A stretch of DNA of 64,000 bases, from NCBI GenBank assembly GCA_023957335.1, contig JAMLHC010000002.1, positions 66,809 through 130,808 on the forward strand, in the 5' to 3' direction. The stretch comes from Bacteroidota bacterium (GTDB lineage Bacteria > Bacteroidota > Bacteroidia > NS11-12g > UBA955). The notes under the pieces were generated by a model, which saw only the letters and a program-made list of their open reading frames with translations, had not been told where the DNA came from and ran no database searches. The translations under genes and the position numbers were made by a program. Shown here piece by piece: positions 59,397 to 64,000 of the stretch; position 1 is the first letter of the stretch, and each line of letters begins with the position of its first letter.

Positions 59397-59990
59397 CTAT
59401 CCTTTATAGACAAACCTTTGTCCGGTAGTTTTAAAATCCGGAACGACAGCATTTAATCTTGAAAGCAACTCTTGTAATGGGCGTATTTCAGGAGCATCTG
59501 GGAACAATACCATGAACCTGTTTGCATGGTGTAATAGATTGTAGTATTGACTTTCAACAATTCCGTTTGAACGCAATAATCTTTCATAACACATCACTAC
59601 GTTTAAATGCGCCTGCGTTACAGAAATATTTTGCCTGTCTGCAACCCTGATAAAACGTTCGTACCACTCGATTGTAAGGCTATCTTTGTGTTGACGGGTC
59701 GTACACAATGCAAGACTCCAAAATGTGGGGTGGTAGTTAGTGTCTTTGTCAATGGCAGAAATAAAAACAGGCTCTGCTTCAATATATTTTTTTTGAGCCA
59801 TCAGGCTTGTTCCCAATGAATTGATAATAATGGCGTTATTAGGTTCTCGTTCAACTGCAAGTCTATAATAATATTCAGCTTTTTGATAGTTTTGTTCTCT
59901 CATCTCCATATTGCCGAGTGTAAACACATCACCTTGCGCCATTGAATATTGGCAAATTACAATGAATACAAAAAACATCAGGAATTTCAT
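59397..59990 (-). CDS. secreted tetratricopeptide-repeat protein
   Basis: Signal peptide plus TPR-like helical repeats (AEYYYRLAVEREPNNA...). Confidence 0.55.
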   Translation of the reverse strand: MKFLMFFVFIVICQYSMAQGDVFTLGNMEMREQNYQKAEYYYRLAVEREPNNAIIINSLGTSLMAQKKYIEAEPVFISAIDKDTNYHPTFWSLALCTTRQHKDSLTIEWYERFIRVADRQNISVTQAHLNVVMCYERLLRSNGIVESQYYNLLHHANRFMVLFPDAPEIRPLQELLSRLNAVVPDFKTTGQRFVYKG

Positions 59991-61369
59991 CGCTTTTTAA
60001 CTATTACTTGTTTGAGCTGATCTATGGTTCTGTATTTATCAATGATTCTTTTTTCTTTATCTAACAAAACGTAGGTTGGTGTCCCTTTGATATTGTAATC
60101 GATAATAGGTTTGGAATCACCTGCTTTGAAATCGCAATAGTGTATCCAGTCGGGATAATTTTTGATATAACTATAATACTCTGAAGGCTCCCTATCTGCT
60201 GAGACAGCAACCACTTTGATATTTGTATTTTTGAGCAGACTGACAACTTGCGGCATCGCTTTGGTGCAGTGCGGACAAGTGCTTGAAAAGAAAATAACCA
60301 ATACAGTATCTGCTTGAATATCTTTTATGCTAAATTGAGTTCCGTCTGTTTTGTGCAAAGCAATGTCAGGAGCGGGTTTGCCGGGTCTCATTCTTTCGTT
60401 GGCTTCCATCTCATTTCTTGTCTTTTCATCAGGTCCATCTGTCTCACATTGGTCAGGTGCGGTATAATGAGTTACCATATAACTGACAAGCTCTGAGTTT
60501 TGCAACACTTCAAAACCATGTATCAGAAAATTATAGGCAAAATTGTAATGTTCCTCACTCTGGGAAAATACATCCATTGCCCTTTTTACACTCACAATAA
60601 GTGCTGAATCTTGCTGTGCAGGCAATAATCCATCAATATAATACAATGTTATATAATTCTCCAATAAATCTCGGAACAAAAACGTTTTGAGCAGTTTGAC
60701 ATCTGTGAGATTAATGTCTTTCCAATAATTGTCAATCAAAATCTTGGTTTGTTCTGTTTCTGATAGTTTTACATTTGTCTTTCTAATCGGATTATTATAA
60801 ATATAAGAACCAAGTAAATTACGTTGATTTTGTTTGGTTAATTGCCAACATACAATCTCAAATTCTTTTCGATTATCTTCTATTTTGGAGGCAATTTCTT
60901 TTTTTTCAGCCTTGGATGTTGCTTTTGCGTATTGTTCCAACATCTCACCATTGCGTGTTTCGTAGCCTTCTTTCTGAACAATATATTCATAATAATCCTT
61001 GTTCATATTACCCTTTAATATTTTGGGATATTTGGATTCTGTAGGATATACATTCATTTGCACTATGCTTGTGTCTCCATCAGGAATAAACAAGTCAAAA
61101 TATTTGCCATCTTTAGTATTATAAAGCATCCTAACCATTTCGGTCTCACCCTTTTCTACAGGAATTTTAATAATTGTCTCCTCCCCTGTTGTCAAAACAG
61201 ACATATTCATAAGTAACTGTCCGTTTTCCATCCTGTAAATCAATAAATCACTAAAGTTAAAATATTTGCCATTATCGGGGATAATGAGTTTGACAACTGC
61301 TTCATTTTGCGCCATTACAGACGATGAAAACAATATGGCAAAGAAGGCAAGACAGATATTCTTTATCAT
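59987..61369 (-). CDS. TlpA-family thiol:disulfide oxidoreductase with an N-terminal DUF4369-like domain
   Basis: C-terminal thioredoxin fold with the CPHC active site (VLVIFFSSTCPHCTKAMPQ), a signal peptide, and a long N-terminal extension. Confidence 0.7.
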   Translation of the reverse strand: MIKNICLAFFAILFSSSVMAQNEAVVKLIIPDNGKYFNFSDLLIYRMENGQLLMNMSVLTTGEETIIKIPVEKGETEMVRMLYNTKDGKYFDLFIPDGDTSIVQMNVYPTESKYPKILKGNMNKDYYEYIVQKEGYETRNGEMLEQYAKATSKAEKKEIASKIEDNRKEFEIVCWQLTKQNQRNLLGSYIYNNPIRKTNVKLSETEQTKILIDNYWKDINLTDVKLLKTFLFRDLLENYITLYYIDGLLPAQQDSALIVSVKRAMDVFSQSEEHYNFAYNFLIHGFEVLQNSELVSYMVTHYTAPDQCETDGPDEKTRNEMEANERMRPGKPAPDIALHKTDGTQFSIKDIQADTVLVIFFSSTCPHCTKAMPQVVSLLKNTNIKVVAVSADREPSEYYSYIKNYPDWIHYCDFKAGDSKPIIDYNIKGTPTYVLLDKEKRIIDKYRTIDQLKQVIVKKR

Positions 61370-61390
61370 TACACAGTATTTTTACAATAA

Positions 61391-62836
61391 TCAGTCCACA
61401 ACAGAGATTTTGATAGTGTTGGTACGTTCTTTTTTCAAAATAGGCATGCTGGCGGTATGAATAACTTTGTCTCCTTTCTGCACCACTCCTCTGTCCTTGA
61501 GCACTTTAATAACATCTGCGAAAGTTTCGTCAGTACTCAAAAACTGGTCATAATAGAATCCTCTCACACCCCATACTAAGTTCATTCTATTGAGAAGAAC
61601 TTCATTGTCGGTAAAAATAAAAATGGCGGCTTCAGGTCTAAAAGATGACACTTTATATCCGTTATACCCCGACCTTGTCATGCCTGCAATAACCTTAGCT
61701 TGTATATGATCACTCATACGCACAGCGGTAAAGCATATTTCATCTGAAAGGAAAATAGGTGAGTCGGAAGTGGGCTTTCCACCTTTGTAATACACACGTT
61801 TGTCCTTTTCCAGCTCTCTGACAATCTTGTCCATAGTTTCAACCACAAGCACGGGATGTTCTCCCACCGAGGTTTCTCCGCTGAGCATTACTGCATCTGC
61901 ACCGTCAATAACAGCATTAGCAACATCAGTAACCTCTGCCCGTGTCGGCATGGAGCGTTCTATCATACTTTCCATCATTTGCGTAGCAATAATGACAGGT
62001 TTGGCTTTAATAAGGCATTTTTCAACAATCTCTTTTTGAATCAAAGGAACTCGTTCAATGGGCATCTCCACACCTAAATCGCCACGAGCTACCATGATGC
62101 CATCTGTTACTTCAATGATTGAATCAATATTTTGTACTGCTTCGGGTTTTTCAATTTTGGCAATAACAACAGCATCGCTCCCTGCTTTTGCAATTCTGTT
62201 TTTCAAATCTACAATATCTGCTGCACTTCTCACAAATGACAATCCCACCCATTCTACATTATTTTTTAAGCCAAAGGCTAAATCTTGAATATCCTTTGGG
62301 GTCAACGCAGGAAATGAAACCTTGGTTTCCGGTAAGTTAAATCCTTTATTAGACTTAAGAACACCACCTTCCAACACTTCTGCTTCTACTTGATTATCAT
62401 TCAGGACTTTGATTATTTTAATGAGTATTTTACCGTCATCCAACAGAATCCTCTCTCCCGGCTTTACATCATGGCTAAGCGAGTCAAAACGAATAGGAAT
62501 CAGCTTTTCGCTACCAGCGACATCATTGGAGGTCAGCATGACCATTGCACCTTTGCGAAGCATGTAACCATCTTCTCCCATATTGCCCACACGTAGTTTC
62601 GGACCCTGTAAATCCAACAAGATACATACATTGGAGTGTAATTCTTTGTTGACTGCTCTTACATTTTCTATTACTTGCTGATGCTGCTCATAAGTCCCAT
62701 GAGACATATTGACTCTGCACACATCAACACCTGCCATAATGATTTTCTTAATCATTTCGAGAGAGGATGTAGCAGGACCAATAGTTGCAACAATCTTTGT
62801 ACGGTTAAATGTGGGTTTATATACGTTTTTCAACAT
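61391..62836 (-). CDS. pyk: pyruvate kinase
   Basis: RTKIVATIGPA...N.SHG..., K+/Mg2+ site motifs (MVARGDLGVE), 481 aa. Confidence 0.9.
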   Translation of the reverse strand: MLKNVYKPTFNRTKIVATIGPATSSLEMIKKIIMAGVDVCRVNMSHGTYEQHQQVIENVRAVNKELHSNVCILLDLQGPKLRVGNMGEDGYMLRKGAMVMLTSNDVAGSEKLIPIRFDSLSHDVKPGERILLDDGKILIKIIKVLNDNQVEAEVLEGGVLKSNKGFNLPETKVSFPALTPKDIQDLAFGLKNNVEWVGLSFVRSAADIVDLKNRIAKAGSDAVVIAKIEKPEAVQNIDSIIEVTDGIMVARGDLGVEMPIERVPLIQKEIVEKCLIKAKPVIIATQMMESMIERSMPTRAEVTDVANAVIDGADAVMLSGETSVGEHPVLVVETMDKIVRELEKDKRVYYKGGKPTSDSPIFLSDEICFTAVRMSDHIQAKVIAGMTRSGYNGYKVSSFRPEAAIFIFTDNEVLLNRMNLVWGVRGFYYDQFLSTDETFADVIKVLKDRGVVQKGDKVIHTASMPILKKERTNTIKISVVD

Positions 62837-62840
62837 AGTT

Positions 62841-63236
62841 TCAATTATATATTAATTCTTTAATCTTCAAATTATTTCCCATTTTGAGTGGAATTACAGA
62901 GCTGACACCTTGGGTTTTCTTTAATTTAGCAATGATTTGAGACAGAAAATCACCAGGGTCTTCTCCTTTAGATATCAATACAAATTCAGGAATCGGTTTT
63001 GTATTGATAAGGACTTGACCTTGTACACCGCGATTTTTGTATAAAAACAACTCAACTTCCCAATCTGTAAAATGGTTGTAATAGCCAAAATAAAAGTCTT
63101 TTATGGTGTTTGATATGACTCCTATCTCTTTATCTCTACGCTCAAATCCCAATTCACACTCTTTATCGAACTCCCAAAGCAGTTTGTAATACTTATCAGC
63201 ATAATATATTACATAACCATGAATAGCTGAGTTCAT
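62841..63236 (-). CDS. IPExxxVDY-family small protein
   Basis: 131 aa containing KPIPEFVLIS. A small protein of this family is commonly found next to pyk in Bacteroidota. Confidence 0.45.
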   Translation of the reverse strand: MNSAIHGYVIYYADKYYKLLWEFDKECELGFERRDKEIGVISNTIKDFYFGYYNHFTDWEVELFLYKNRGVQGQVLINTKPIPEFVLISKGEDPGDFLSQIIAKLKKTQGVSSVIPLKMGNNLKIKELIYN

Positions 63237-63306
63237 TTTGCAAAACTAATCTAAAACTCGATACTGCTATCCTCGCAAAAATCTGACAATTCGGATTAAA
63301 TGTAGA

Positions 63307-64000
63307 TTAATCCAGTATTGGCGAAACAGGCAAATACATCTGCATACCGGCTCTTTCTTTTGCAGCTTGTAGATTAAGATAATATGGATAAAAATCGCCC
63401 AGTTGCGTTTTTAATTTACTTTGGTTATAGGCAGTACTCATATTAAATAACATGGAAGTAAAATTGTCATTCTTTGGCAGATAGATAATTTTGTAATCAC
63501 CTGAATCTATACCGGCTTTATTTACTGCAATATCAATGGCAGTTTGAATTCCCCCTACCACATCTGCTAAACGATTCTGAATCGCATCTGCGGCAATCCA
63601 AATCTTCCCCTCTGCCACATTTTCAACCGACACACTGTCCAAACCCCTTCCTTCTCTAACAACCTTTGTAAAATCGTAATACACTTTATTGACCCCATTT
63701 TGGATGATAGTTCTTTCGCTTTCGGTAAAATTTCTTCCCGGCATGCCCATATCTGCATATTCACCTGTTTTTACAGATTCAAAAGATAATCCGAGTTTAT
63801 CTTTCAAAAAAGCACTTACATTGGGATATAAGGCAAACACACCAATTGAACCTGTGAGAGTGTACTTTGATACTACAATTGTGTCTGCAGGTGCAGAAAG
63901 ATAGTAGCCACCGCTCGCAGCCACATCTCCCATAGAAATAATGACAGGTTTCACTTTTTTTATCAAGGAGATTTCTCTCCATAATTGGTCAGAACCATAA
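63307..64000 (-). CDS. sppA: signal peptide peptidase SppA (protease IV), C-terminal part; the 5' end lies beyond the window
   Basis: The ClpP/crotonase-like S49 motif ...KPVIISMGDVAASGGYYLS... and the Ser/Lys dyad region. The frame stays open to position 64000. Confidence 0.8.
   Translation of the reverse strand, partial: YGSDQLWREISLIKKVKPVIISMGDVAASGGYYLSAPADTIVVSKYTLTGSIGVFALYPNVSAFLKDKLGLSFESVKTGEYADMGMPGRNFTESERTIIQNGVNKVYYDFTKVVREGRGLDSVSVENVAEGKIWIAADAIQNRLADVVGGIQTAIDIAVNKAGIDSGDYKIIYLPKNDNFTSMLFNMSTAYNQSKLKTQLGDFYPYYLNLQAAKERAGMQMYLPVSPILD

Overview
This is an AT-rich (~38% GC) chromosomal region that looks like Bacteroidota. The evidence is T9SS type-A and type-B C-terminal sorting domains, PorU/PorV-like genes, bacillithiol BshB1, and the conserved acpP-fabF-rnc arrangement. 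Most of the window is core housekeeping. It includes hldD, prfB with its +1 programmed frameshift, cinA, folA, menD, iscS, nfu/mrp, hscB, fabF/acpP/rnc, ribE, rseP, pyk and sppA. A long minus-strand Pho cluster runs porin-pstSCAB-mgsA-phoU-phoB-phoR. Between the core genes sit several very large secreted T9SS cargo proteins: an 811-aa type-B, a Gly-rich 786-aa type-A, a 1883-aa PKD-rich adhesin, and a 1680-aa PorU-like C25 peptidase. There is also a tandem triplet of ~257-aa T9SS cargo paralogs and a eukaryote-like LRR protein. I found no transposase, integrase, CRISPR array or recognisable defence island. The notable non-coding signals are a (GT/AC)n microsatellite directly upstream of a two-gene T9SS cargo operon, a GC-rich element with a variable-copy 21-bp tandem repeat in direct copies on both flanks of that operon, a 24-nt poly-G tract upstream of the paralog operon, and a prfB frameshift site that uses UAA rather than the canonical UGA. 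All functional calls come from reading the translated ORFs against remembered family motifs. No database search was run.
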